The notes under the pieces: model-generated
Databases searched by the model: none
The model's input: only the letters and a program-made list of their open reading frames with translations
What the model was told of the DNA's origin: nothing
Program-made: the position numbers and the translations under genes
In this document: in pieces, positions 13,447-26,703 of the stretch
Layout: every line of letters begins with the position of its first letter
How positions within the stretch are numbered: position 1 is the stretch's first letter
Assembly (NCBI GenBank): GCA_951406725.2
Contig: OX597839.1
Coordinates: 3,658,001 to 3,722,000, forward strand
Source of the DNA: Octopus vulgaris
Taxonomy: Eukaryota
DNA: 64,000 nt
Reading direction: 5' to 3'

Positions 13447-14336
13447 TGATGGACTTCTTTCAGTTTCCATCTACCAAATCCACTCATGAGGCTTGAAAAG
13501 TAATGATATATGCATACAATTAGATGATTTGAGGTGGAATTATGAGGTATAAAAGACATCATTATCAATTATTAGAGATTCAGTCATATCGGTACCTAAC
13601 TTTTATACCTCTTAATTCAACCTCAGTTCATCTAATTGTGTATATATATATATATATATGTATTGTTACTTTTCATAAAAAATGCCATTATTTTTTTTAT
13701 ATCCAAAGTGCATTTTCACTTTTTTCTTTTTACTTTTCCACTATATATATATATATATATATATGTGTGTGGGTGTGTATGTGTTTGTGTGCATGTATCT
13801 ATACAATGTTTGTGCATGTGTTTGTGGGCATGTATCTATATAATGTGTGTGTGTGTGTGCATGTATCTATATAATGTGTGTGTGTGTGTGCATGTATCTA
13901 TATAGTGTGTGTGTGCATGTATCTATATATGTGTGTGTGTGTGTGTGCATGTATCTATATAATGTGTGTATATGTGTGCATGTATGTATGTGTGTGTCTG
14001 TATGTATGTATATACGTGTGTACCTGTATAACGTAGGTAGTGGAGTAAACTGTTTCCAGCTGTTTCCTCTTGAAGCACACCTACTTATTCTTTTATTACA
14101 ATCCAGTGTGTCTTCCCAGAGACGCACAATGTACGAATGGCACCTTTGATGCAAATCTAATGAAGTGCCACTCTAGTGACTAAAACTACAACCATTAATG
14201 CAAATTTTCACTTTGAACTTTCACATATTCTGGCGTTGGAAGCGGAGTTGGTACAGAAACAATTGTAACTGGTTGTTGAAGATGTGTTTTTATCTTATTG
14301 TGTGTGTGTGTTAATTTGTTGTTCTGTTCCTTTCAG

Positions 14337-14370
14337 AGTATCCTTCGCCAATCTTGATTAGAACACCTAG
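14337..14370 (+). other. Candidate non-coding 5'UTR exon of the CAT gene
   Basis: Strong pyrimidine tract gttctgttcctttcag and donor AG|gtaaca in non-repetitive sequence; coding exon 1 has an acceptor upstream of its ATG, so at least one upstream exon is implied. Confidence 0.35.
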
Positions 14371-14954
14371 GTAACATGCTTTCAACTACTTATAGGTGAT
14401 CATGATAGTAAATCTCTTTATCACTGCGTGGCACCTTGGGCAAGTGTCTTCTACTTATAGCCTTGGGCCGACCAAAGCCTTGTGAGTGGATTTGGTAGAC
14501 GCAAACTGAAAGAAGCCCATCGTATACATGTATATATGTATACATGTATATATGTGTGTATGTGTTTGCGTGTCTGTGTTTGCTGGTGTGTTTAGGTCCC
14601 CATAACTTAGCGGTTCAGGAAATTCACAAAGAATAAGTCCTGGGGTCGATTTGCTCGACTAAAGGCGGTGCTCCAGCATGGCCACAGTCAAATGACTGAA
14701 ACAAGTAAAAGAGTAAAGAGTTATCAGGGCAAAGCAAGTTGGTTGTTGTTGTTCTTTATTCTGGCTGATTGGTTGTATGATCAAAGGTGTTCGCTTCTCG
14801 AACAGTGGCCATGTCGAAGACTACATTATCCACTGATTCCTTATATTTTGAAGACGGTGGTATGTGATTTGAGGAAGGTATGGATGTTAAATGTACTTTT
14901 CTACTCGAGGCACAAGGCCCGAAATTTTGGGGGGAGGGGCCAGTCGATTAGATC

Positions 14955-15335
14955 AAGGACAGACAAACGGATGATTAAGGTGGTTATATCGACCCCAGTG
15001 CGTAATTGGTACTTATTTAATTGACCCCGAAAGGATGAAAGGCAAAGTCGACCTCGGTGGAATTTGAACTCAGAATGTAACGGCAGACGAAATACCTATT
15101 TCTTTACTACCCACAAGGGGCTAAACACAGGGAGGACAAACAAGGATAGACAAACAGATTAAGTCGATTATATCGACCCCAGTGCGTAACTGGTACTTAT
15201 TTAATCGACCCCGAAAGGATGAAAGGCAAAGTCGACCTCGGTGGAATTTGAACTCAGAACGTAGCGGCAGACGAAATACCTATTTCTTTACTACCCACAA
15301 AGGGCTAAACACAGAGGGGACAAACAAGGACAGAA
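14955..15335 (-). repeat. Tandem array (~2.5 units) of SINE family B body
   Basis: Junctions gacgaaatacctatttcttt at ~15087 and ~15270. Confidence 0.8.
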
Positions 15336-15645
15336 TGTAAAGACTAATGAAATCCTGCTAAGCAGTTTGAGTGTCGAGCTAATGATTCTGCCATCCCACT
15401 GTCTTCATAAAATTGCTCATGATAAATAATTATTTTATTGACAACTTGACTGTGCGTAACCTTTCCCCTGCGACCTATTTTCCATGTTTCAAATATTAAA
15501 TAAGTTAACTAATTGATGAATGATAAAGAAGGATAAATAGGTGCAGGAGTGGCTGTGTGGTAAGTAGCTTGCTTACCAACCACATGGTTCCGGGTTTAGT
15601 CCCACCACATGGCACCTTGGGCAAGTGTCTTCTACTATAGCCTCG

Positions 15646-16052
15646 GGATCCTTTTGGTTTGAACGGCAGTTTTTAAAATAATTTCCACATAACTAAAAAA
15701 TGTTAAACTTCGTATACTGGTAGAATGTGTTTATAAAATATCTTTTTCTCTTGGCTTTATTGAGAAAATTCTATAGTTTGTAAGATATTTGTTGTTTTTT
15801 CTTCAATTTCAGCAATTTCAACCAATCAATGACGTCTATGGAGGTGAAAACATTCTGTGCCGTATGAATATGTCCCTCGTTTAAGAAACAGATTGGGTTT
15901 ATTTACATTTCTGAAGAAAAAAAGATACCCTTCCCCCACCCCTAACCCTAAAACAGATTGAAATGTAATAGATCGATACTAGGGTCATAATTATGAGTGA
16001 CAATTTCATATGAGACCGCTAGAAAAAACTGCCGTTCAAACCGAAAAGATCC
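15646..16052. mobile_element. Unclassified TIR MITE (GG termini) abutting a truncated SINE head
   Basis: TIR GGATCCTTTTGGTTTGAACGGCAGTTTT / AAAACTGCCGTTCAAACCGAAAAGATCC; internal CCCTAACCCTAA. Confidence 0.75.
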
Positions 16053-16549
16053 GAATATTGTTTTAACCACAGGATAGCTCTGATTGTAATGGATCTGTGA
16101 GAAAAGGCGTTCCAGCCATGACCGTTTTGTCTTCTTTTCTAGAAGTAATGAATTCCTAAGCGAACATTATAAAATAATTTAAACTTGAATTTTTTTTCTT
16201 TTTCTTGAAGACGGAAATTTCATTTTTCTTTTTGTCAGGAAGATTTGGTTGTTCTTTCTAACAATTCGAGCGACCTGGTAAAGGCTCTCTCGTTGCCTCT
16301 TCTCGTTCCCTTCATCACCTGTTGTTTAGTCCGGAGTTGGATCTGATTGAACAGATATGATCAAAGACGTCCTGTCTGTGACCATTCCGTCTTTATTCCC
16401 AGACACAATGGACTCTACGTATATATCACAGGATAGAGGTTTTTCTATTCTGTATATAAAAAAAAAGAGATCTTTACCTAAAGGTTTAAAGGTAAAGATC
16501 CACATATTTCAGTAATTGGTCCTGAGACATGCAGCTAGTCATAAAACGA

Positions 16550-17010
16550 CGTAACATGAAAAATCATATAGAAGAATTTATTAGCTGTTCTAATAAACGA
16601 TTAATACATATTTTCATACGTATTTGATTTGATTTTCCACGTCAGTATTGGTTTTTAGGCGGTTCTTTTGTTCTCTTTACTCTGAGACTGACGTAAAATC
16701 GATAAATCGACTAAAATAGAAACTTGTTTCTTTTTAAAAAGAAAAAAAACAAACAAAAACGGAGATTAAATTGAGAAAGACATAACTTTAAATGATTTGA
16801 GATGTGTTCTTGCATTCTCCGTTCTCCAGAGACATTGCCAAGCAGCGCTTTTGGAAAACGGTTTATCTTGAACAGAAATTCAAGAAAAGGAACGAATGCA
16901 CAACACAGACTTTCCGTGATGTGTCTACATAAACATATATATATAACATGGTTTGCGGGTTTGCGTGGGGAAAACGCGCTCGTTCGGTTATATCGTATAT
17001 AGAATAGGTA
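16550..17010 (+). promoter_or_regulatory. Candidate promoter / first exon region for the CAT gene
   Basis: Repeat-free, CpG-retaining island with CCACGTCA (16637-16644), ATTGG and TGACGTAA motifs, about 4 kb upstream of the ATG. Confidence 0.3.
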
Positions 17011-17574
17011 GAGTAAATATGTACGAATAGACAAATTTCGTTGAAGATTACCTCTGCAGAATTTTCGTAGCTTCAAATGTATATTTATCTCCATTGAAGA
17101 TAACATAGCGTATGTAGATAATATATATATATAGATTTATATACATATTTACATATATATATGTAATATATGTATAACCAAGAAAAGTACTGATCGATTA
17201 CATATAGCCTTGTGGTTCGTAACCCTTATTTTTTTTATCTCTGAACTCCTTTGATTATCATTTTATTTTGGTGGATCCCCGTAGCCATTCAGTGTTTTGG
17301 CAATCTTTCGTTTCTAGTAGACCTTTCCGTCGATGTTTTAAATGTCCTATCTTTTTTTTTTTATCTTTTACTTGTTTCAGTCATTGGACGGCGGCCATAC
17401 TGGGACACCGTCTCCTCGAAGAACTTTTAGTCGAATGAATCGATCGACCCCAGTACTTATTTATTTACCTAAAGCCTGGCACTTATTCTATCAATCTCTT
17501 TTGCCAAACCACTAAGTTATGGGGACATAGACACTGGTTGTCAAGCGATGGTGAGAGACGAGCTCAGTCACACT

Positions 17575-17635
<61 letters not shown>

Positions 17636-20070
17636 CGGGCTTCTTTCAGTTTTCGTCTACCAGAATCACTCACAAGGCTTTGGTTGACTCAAGGCAGTAT
17701 CAGAAGATGCTTGCCCAAGATTCCATGCTATGGGACTGAACCTGAAACCATGTAGTTGGGAAGCAAGCTTTTTAATAGAAAATATACAAGGGAGTTTTCA
17801 TCATCTGATGTATGTGACAAGTATGTACCATGAGTGCTCGGGTTTACCACTAAAACTCTGGCTTCAACCTCAAATGAAAAATGTTGCCTATCAAAGGTGG
17901 CTAGAAGTGGTTTCTCCTTGAGCAGGTGGATATATCATCATCGTTTAGCATCCGCTTTCCATGCTGGCATGGGTTGGACGGTGCAACTGGGGTCTGGGAA
18001 GCCAGAAGGCTGCACCAAGCCCAGTCTGATCTCGCAATGTTTCTATGGCTGGACGCCCTTCCTAATGCCAACCACTCCATGAGTGTAGAGGGTGCTTTTT
18101 ACGTGCCACCGGCACGGAGGCCAGGCGAGGCTGGCAAATGGCCACGATCGGATGGTGCTTTTTACATGCTACCGGCACGGAGGCCAATATATATATATAT
18201 ATATATATATATTTCTTTACTACCCACAAGGGGCTAAACACAAAGAGGACAAACAAGGACAGACAAACGAATTAAGTCGATTACATCGACCCCAGTGCGT
18301 AACTGATGCTTAATTTATCGACCCTGAAAGGATGAAAGGCAAAGTTGACCTCAGCGGAATTTGAACTCAGAACGTAACGATTCTGCCAGCTCGCCACCTT
18401 TTGGATATATATATATTTTAAAAGAAAAAAACATGAAGAAGCAAAACATTTGGCGTGACTGTGTGGTAAGAAGCTTGCTTCCCAACCACATGGCTCCAGG
18501 TTCAGTTGCACTGTGTGGCACCTTGAACAAAGGGTCTTCAGTTGATCTCATTTACTACACATTATTTTACATTTATTACACTATTTCTTTTATCATTTTT
18601 GTGACCAGGTCCTAAACTAGAGATTAACCATGTCTTCAACTACAGCCTCAGGCTGCTAAAAGAAGAAAGAAAAAACCTCTAAGGGAATTGCGTAGACAGA
18701 AACTGACAGAAGGCCATCGTATATGTGTGTGTATGTAGGGGGGTGTCTTCATGTCTATGTTTGTCCCCACCACCACCACTTGACAATCGGTGTTGGTGTG
18801 TTTACGTCCCTGTAACTTAGGGGTTTGTCAAAAGAGACCAATAGAATAAGCACCAAGTTTTTAAAAAAGAATACTGGGGCTGATTCATCTAACTAAAAAT
18901 TCTTCAAGGCAGTGCCCCAGCATGGCCACATTCTAATGACTGAAACAAGTAAAAGGTATATGATAAATTGAAGAAAAAAGAGAATATAAGCATATAAAAT
19001 CTGTGTGTTGAGTGTGTGTTTGTATATGTGTGTGTAGATGTGTACATATGTGTATGTGTATATATATATGTGTGTGTATGTATGTCATGTATGACTGTGT
19101 GATAAAAAGTTTGCTTCCCAATCACATGGTTTTAGGTTCAGTCCTACTGCATGGCATATGCTACAGCCTCGGGCCAACCAAAGCCTTGTGATTGTGTGTT
19201 TGTTGTGTTATACCTGTTAGTTTTTGTTGTTTAACCCCAGGTCAGTAAATCTATGATCAAAGCCATTTTAGCCATTCTATTCTTTTTATTTGTAACATAG
19301 TTTGTCTGTTATAGGTGGTGATTCGGTAAAGCTGCAAGAGCATCGGACAAAATGCCTTGTGGAATTTGTTATGGCGTTCAAATTCCACTGAGATCATCTT
19401 TGCCTCTTGTCCTTACAGAGTTAATAAAAACAGTACCAGTACAGGGCAGTAAGTAGATTAGCAGATCTCATAGGTATGAGACGTTCTGGCACAGCAGTTT
19501 TGGCACCGCCTAATTTGCCTCATTGATTCGATGATGACTTATTTGACATCCAACCATTTTTTTATGTTTGCCATTTGTTCCCTTTCTCTCTCTCTCTGTT
19601 TATGTGTGTGAGCATATTTCACTTTATCTGACTGATGAGATATAAAATGTCTAGCTCGCTCATGTTCAATTAATTGTAGTGTCTTTTTCTGTCTCTCTTT
19701 CTCCCCTTCTCTTCCTCCTTTACTTGCTCCCTTTCTCTCCCTCCTTTCTCCCCCTTACTTTCTCCACCTCTCCTGCCCTCTCTTTCCCCTTCTCTTCCTC
19801 CCTGTCTCTGTGTTTGTGTGTTAGCATCTAGTTATGTTTGTACATAATCTCTCTCTCTCACCCTCTCCCCTCCCTCTCTGTATGTGTATATTTCAGTGCC
19901 TGCATACATCTGTGCATGTGTGTGCGTGTGTGTATGCATGTTTCCCGGCAGTGCCGAAAAGTACTATCACCAAGACAGGCTGAATGTCCAGTCAGCCATG
20001 TCAAATCAACAGCACCCAAACAGCTGTGCCCAACTGTCTCATTCTGAGATCCCATCTGAAGTGATGCTGA

Positions 20071-20105
<35 letters not shown>

Positions 20106-20494
20106 TCCTTGACTGCATTGTCCAAGAAAAGACCACCCTTCTGACTGACATGAAGTCCTCATCAATTCATTTCAGCTCTTGCTTTACAGACATGCTGTGT
20201 CCTCTCACTGCCTTTCCTACAGCAACTATAATGGCCTCTGCTCCTCACAGCTGGTTGATCTCTCATCACTTCTACCCAAGCACTCTCAAATCGCTCATTT
20301 CTCTCCTCTTCTTATCGGCCTAATTTATTGACCCAGCACACCACACTACCAGGCCATAAAAAAACACCACCACCATGTTTATTCCTTCTGCTTCAAAATA
20401 GCCAATCTTTATTTCTTTTAAGACTAGTACTTATTCTGTTGCTGTCTTTTGCCAAACTGCTGAGTTATGGGGATGTTAACAAACAAACAAACAC

Positions 20495-20616
20495 ACACCA
20501 TGCAAACACACAAACACAAACACACACACAAACACAAACACACGCACAAACACACACACAAACACACACACAAACACAAACACACACACAAACACACACA
20601 CACACTCACACACTCA

Positions 20617-20698
<82 letters not shown>

Positions 20699-20735
20699 AA
20701 CACACACACACACTCACAAACACACACACACACTC

Positions 20736-20775
<40 letters not shown>

Positions 20776-20794
20776 TCACAAACACACACACACA

Positions 20795-20847
<53 letters not shown>

Positions 20848-20858
20848 CACACACATAC
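20495..20858. repeat. (CA)n compound microsatellite
   Basis: Direct observation. Confidence 0.95.
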
Positions 20859-21141
20859 GTGACAGTCTTCTTTCTGTTTCTGTCAATCAAATCCACTCAC
20901 AAGGCTTTGGTCAACCCAAGGCGATAGCAGACACTTGCCTGAGGTGTCATGCAGTAAGACTGAACCCAGAACCATGTGGTTTAGAAGCAAGCTTCTTATC
21001 ACACACAGCCACACCTGCTTGGTTTTACTAGATTTTTTTTTTCTCTTTTGTCCTTTTTAAATGTTTATTTTCCTGTATGTTGTAATTGTTGTTCTTAATG
21101 ATGTTATTGTCGTTAACAGGTTGAAGTTCCAAGTTCTAACC

Positions 21142-21259
21142 ATGGCCGTTTTAATGAGAATTTTAATGAATCTGTTTCGAAAGAAAGCAATGAGCAATGA
21201 GGGTATGGAGAAAACTAAGTTGGCCAGAGTACTCACTTTGCTTGACCTAACACTCTTGG
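21142..21259 (+). CDS. CAT transporter coding exon 1 (MAVLMR...LDLTLLG)
   Basis: Acceptor aacag at 21115-21119, ATG at 21142 in accATGG context, donor G|gtgag. Confidence 0.88.
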
Positions 21260-21886
21260 GTGAGTTTTTAACAATTGTTATTTGCACACACACACACACA
21301 CACACATGTACATACTCTCTCTATCCGCTCAGTCGAAGTCGACTCTCGGTCACTCGTTGGATCAGTGTCCTCCAGCCAGTTCTATCCTGGGCCGCTTCTT
21401 TCAGATTGGCTATATCCATTCCGGTGTCACTCTTGATGGTGTCAAGCCAGCGGGTTCTTGGTCGGCCTTTTCCTCTCTTGCCACTGACCATTCCAAGCAT
21501 GATGTCCTTCTCCAGGGATTTTCTCCGCATAATATGACCGAAATATGCCAATCTATGCTTGGTGATCCTAGCTTCTAGCAACATTTTCGGCCTTATCTGC
21601 TTATCATGCACACATACTTGCACACACATATTTACACATGCATACTTACACACACACACACTTGCATCCACACACATAATCTTTTACTTGTTTCAGTCAT
21701 TTGACTGCGGTCATGCTGGAGCACCACCTTTATTCGAGCAAATCGACCCCAGGACTTATTCTTTGTAAGCCTAGTACTTATTCTATCAGTCTCTTTTGCC
21801 GAACCACTAAGTTACAGGGATGTAAACATATCACCATCGGTTGTCAAGCGATGTTGGGGGACAAACATATACACACACATACATAC

Positions 21887-21955
<69 letters not shown>

Positions 21956-23863
21956 TACCATGGGCTTCTTTCAGTTTCCATCTACCAAATCCACTCACAA
22001 GACTTTGGTCGGCTCAAGGCTATAGTAGAAGACACTTACCCAAAGTGCCACACAGTGCGAATGAACCCAGAACCATGTGGTTGGTAAGCAAGCTACTTAC
22101 CACACAGCCACAACTCTTTCTACTAAAAGCACAAGGCCTGAAATTTTGTGAGTGGAGACTAATCAGTTACATTGCCACCACCCCACCACCACCCCCGTAT
22201 GCAACTGGTACTTAATTTATTGACTCCTAAACAATTAAAGGCAAAGTCGACTTTGGCAGAATTTGAACTCAGAATAGGAATACAGATTAAATGCCAGTAA
22301 GCATTTTTGCCTGGTGTGCTAACAATTCTGCCAGGTCACCGCCTTCTTTCTTTTTTGATAATGATAATTCGAGTCATTGCCAGTGCTGCTGGACTGGCTC
22401 CTGTGCAGGTAGCATGTAAAAAGCACCATTTGAGCGTGGTCATTGCCAGTACCGCCTGACTAGCCCTCATGCCGGTGGCACGTAAAAGCACCCACTACAC
22501 TCTCGGAGTGGTACGTGTTAGGAAGGGCATCCAGCTGTAGAAACTCTGCCAAATCAAGATTGGAGCCTGGTGCAGCCATCTGGTTCACCAGCCCTCAGTC
22601 AAATCGTCCAACCCATACTACGGCATGTAAAAGCACCCACTACACTCTCGGAGTGGTTGGCGTTAGGAAGGGCATCCAGCTGTAGAAACTATGCCAGATC
22701 AAGATTGGAGCCTGGTGCAGCCATCTGGTTCACCAGTCCTCAGTCAAATCATCCAACCCATGCTAGCATGGAAAGCAAATGTTAAACGATGATGATGATG
22801 ATGAATTCTCTTTTATTATTTCAGGTGTTGGAAGTACCCTTGGTGCAGGGGCCTACGTTTTGTCAGGAGCAGTTGCTCGTGACAAAGCTGGACCTGCAAT
22901 TGTTTTATCATTCTTTGTTGCTGCAGTCGTGTCTGTTCTTGCTGGTAAGTACACTGTATTGTTCTTGTTGCTGTTGTTGTGGTGGTGGTGTTGGTGGTGA
23001 TTTCATCACCAACATCACTTTGTGGTTACTTTCTTTTGAATGGTAGAAAGAGAGTCTGCCAAATGTCAACCCAACAGAGGGACCAGCTATCCGAGTTGAC
23101 AGTACCTTGGTAGATAAAGCAATTAAAAGAATGAAGACGGGGAAAGCCCCCCGGCCCATCAGGAATGACTGCAGAGATGCTCAAAATATCTGGCAGTGTC
23201 AGCCATAGCCTAGTCACCCGTATAGTTAACCAGGTGATACACAAAGGAGTCATACCCAACAACTGGTGTAGCAGCATAATAGTCAACTGCTACAAAGGTT
23301 CAGGTGATGCTTTAGATACAAATAATTACAGAGGTATCAAGCTGTTGGATCAGGTAATGAAGATCACGGAGAGGGTCATAGCCCAACTAATTAGGGAGAG
23401 AGTCATTTTGGATGAGATGCAGTTTGGTTTCATGCCAGGGAAAAGCACCACTGTTGCTATATTCCTGGTAAGACAGCTGCAGGAGAAATACCTAGCCAAA
23501 GATAAGCCCCTGTACCTGGCTTTCGTTGACATGGAGAAAGCATATTGGCATAGGAAATTTTTTTTTCTTTTTCCCTTATTTATAATTGTTTATATTTTCT
23601 CCTTGAAAGGTATTTTGAGATGCTCTGTAGTTCTTTCAATTACTTTAAATATAACAAAGACTTTAGTAAAATAACTTAGTTATCATTCAGCTAGTGTTAG
23701 GAACATAAATTGTGACTAAGGTTTGGTGGGAGATTTTAATTCAAAACTTATGAAAACAAGATATTTGTAGCCAGAACCAGTTTCAGCCAGGTTGGTAACA
23801 AAAGGGTTAATATGCTGGACACTGATAGAACTTTTTATGAAAAAGTTTATCCTTATATTAGAA

Positions 23864-23920
<57 letters not shown>

Positions 23921-26163
23921 TATGAAACCTTTAAAGATCTGTTTACTTATTTATGTATGCTTGTGTCAATTTCTATGTATAAGGCAAAATGTTTGCCTTT
24001 TTCTATATGCTTCAAAATCAAAGTGATTTTCTTTTCTATTTTTTCAGGGCTTTGTTATGCTGAATTTGGGGCCCGTGTACCAAAGACTGGCTCTGCCTAT
24101 GTCTATAGCTACATCACAGTTGGTGAACTGATTGCTTTTATCATTGGGTGGAACCTCATCCTGGAATATGCCATTGGTGAGTTGTCTGTTATATTATTTG
24201 ATAGGTTTGGCACTGTTTGTTCAAAAGGAGATGATTTGAAATTTGTAACTTGGTGGTTCGGCGAGAGAGACCGATAGAATAAATACTAGGCTTACAAAGA
24301 ATAAGTCCTGGGGTCGATTTGCTCGACTAAAGGCGGTGCTCCAGCATGGCTGCAGTCAAATGACTGAAACGAGTATAAGAGTAAAAGAATAAAATATATT
24401 CTTTCTAGGATATTTTAGTGACACAACATAATTATGCCATCAGTTTTTCAAAAAAAGTCAGGTGTTGTACAATATGTGTCAATTCTTTTATTTATATTAT
24501 CCGATATTGCTAAAATAATACTGGTATTTGAGTACTATTTTCTCTACCTTGTTTTGAACATAGGTATTTACAAGAGTACATGCATATACTTCAAAGAAAG
24601 GATTAACAACCTACAAGTTGAAATCAAACTCAGTAACTGGCATCCATTGCTAGTGGAGCGCTAAGAGCACTATACGAGTGAGATCGTTGCCAGAGCAACA
24701 AGCTGGCCTTCGTGCCGATGGCACGTTAAACACACCATTCGAGCGTGATCGTTACCGTGTCGCCTTACTAGCACTTGTGCTGGTGGCACGGGAAACATTC
24801 AAGCGAGGTCGTCGCCGGTGCCGCTGGACTGGCTTCTGTGCAGGTGGCACATAAAAAGCACCATTTGGGCATGGCCGTTGCCAGTACCACCAAACTGGCC
24901 CTTATACCGGTGGCACATAAAAGCACCCACTACACTCTCGGAGTGGTTGGCATTAGGAAGGGCATCCAGCTGCCAGATGAGATTGGAGTCTGGTTCACCA
25001 GACCTCAGTTAAATCGTCCAACCCATGCTAGCATGGTATGGAAGCACTCCGTCGGTTACGACGATGAGGGTTCCGGTTGATCCGAATCAACGGAACAGCC
25101 TGCTTGTGAAACTAACGTGTAAATGGCTGAGCACTCCACAGACACGTGTACCCTTAACGTAGTTCTCGGGGATATTCAGCGTGACACAGAGAGTGACAAG
25201 TCCGGCCCTTTGAAATACAGGTACAACAGAAACAGGAAGAAAGAGTGAGGGAAAGTTGTGGTGAAAGAGTACAGCAGGGATCACCACCATCCCCTTCCGG
25301 AGCCTTGTGGAGTTTTAGGTGTTTTCGCTCAATAAACACTCACAACGCCCGGTCTGGGAATCGAAACCGCGATCCTACGACCGCGAGTCCGCTGCCCTAA
25401 CCACTGGGCCATTGCGCCTCCACTATGCTAGCATGGAAAGCAGACGTTAAATGATGATGATCATGATGATGATTAATTAAATTGACTTTTTCTTATCCTT
25501 GTTTTATTCAATGTAGCTGCCTTAATTAACTATGTGTTTGTTTATTTTTCGCTTCAGGTACGGCTAGTGTGGCCAGAGCTTGGACAGCAAACTTCAATTC
25601 CCTCATTGATAATGCAGTCATTGATTACTTCAACTCAACAATGCCAATACGAGTCGATTATTTATCGGAATATCCGGACTTCCTGGCATTCGGTCTTGTA
25701 GCTTTGTTGACAAGTAAGTACAACTGTCTTCCTGTCTCTCATGCTCTCTCTATTTATCTACCTCCCAATCTATCTACCTATCTGTCTCCCTGTCACCCTA
25801 CCTATTTAGCCATCTGTCTGTCTAGCCATCTGTCTGTCTACCTATCTGTCTGTCTATCTGCCTGTCTGTCTGTCTATCTGTTTATCTACCTGTTTATCTA
25901 TCTACCTGTTTATCTATCTACCTGTTTATCTATCTACCTGTTTGTCTATCTATCTGTCTGTCTGTCTATCTATCTACCTGTCTGTCTGTCTATCTACCTG
26001 TCTGTCTGTCTATCTACCTGTCTGTCTGTCTAACTACCTGTCTGTCTGTCTACCTACCTGTCTGTCTGTCTACCTACCTGTCTGTCTGTCTACCTACCTG
26101 TCTGTCTGTCTACCTACCTGTTTGTCTATCTGTCTGTCTATCTACCTATCTATCTATCGATAT

Positions 26164-26197
<34 letters not shown>

Positions 26198-26664
26198 TAC
26201 TACTCAACACATGCTGGCACGCTACATACGCCCCCACCCCTTCCCCTCCCTCCCTTCCTCTTTCCTTCTTTTTCTTACTACTGACCACTGTCTGCTTGCC
26301 TACCACTTTCTCGCCCTACCTCACACGCCTACACACAGACGCACACACTAACACATACACACACATCTGTTGCGTTACCAACCTTGTCTCCACTCTTTGG
26401 CTTTAAAAACCTACTTTGCTCTTGTTATCGTAAACTTCCGCCTTTCACCATGTGTAACTCGTAAACACCAGTTGTTTTTTTTTTCTCTATCCCTGTTGCC
26501 CGCTTTGGGATCTTTCTTTCCTCTCTCTTCCTTCTTTATGTTTCCGACGAAGAGCTCCGCTCGAAACGTCATACCTTCCTGCTTCCATTTCCTGAGCGCC
26601 TATTAATAATAATACTGTAATTGTTCCATTGTTGTTGTTTTTTTGTTTTCCCGTTTGGATTAAA

Positions 26665-26703
<39 letters not shown>

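Noticed and set aside
19632-19660. CTGATGA-GATA/TGTC hammerhead start
   Set aside because: No GAAA or NUH follows stem II.
23165-23674. 169-aa reverse transcriptase ORF as a retron/DGR/host gene
   Set aside because: Truncated RTE-clade LINE fragment ending before the catalytic DD motif.
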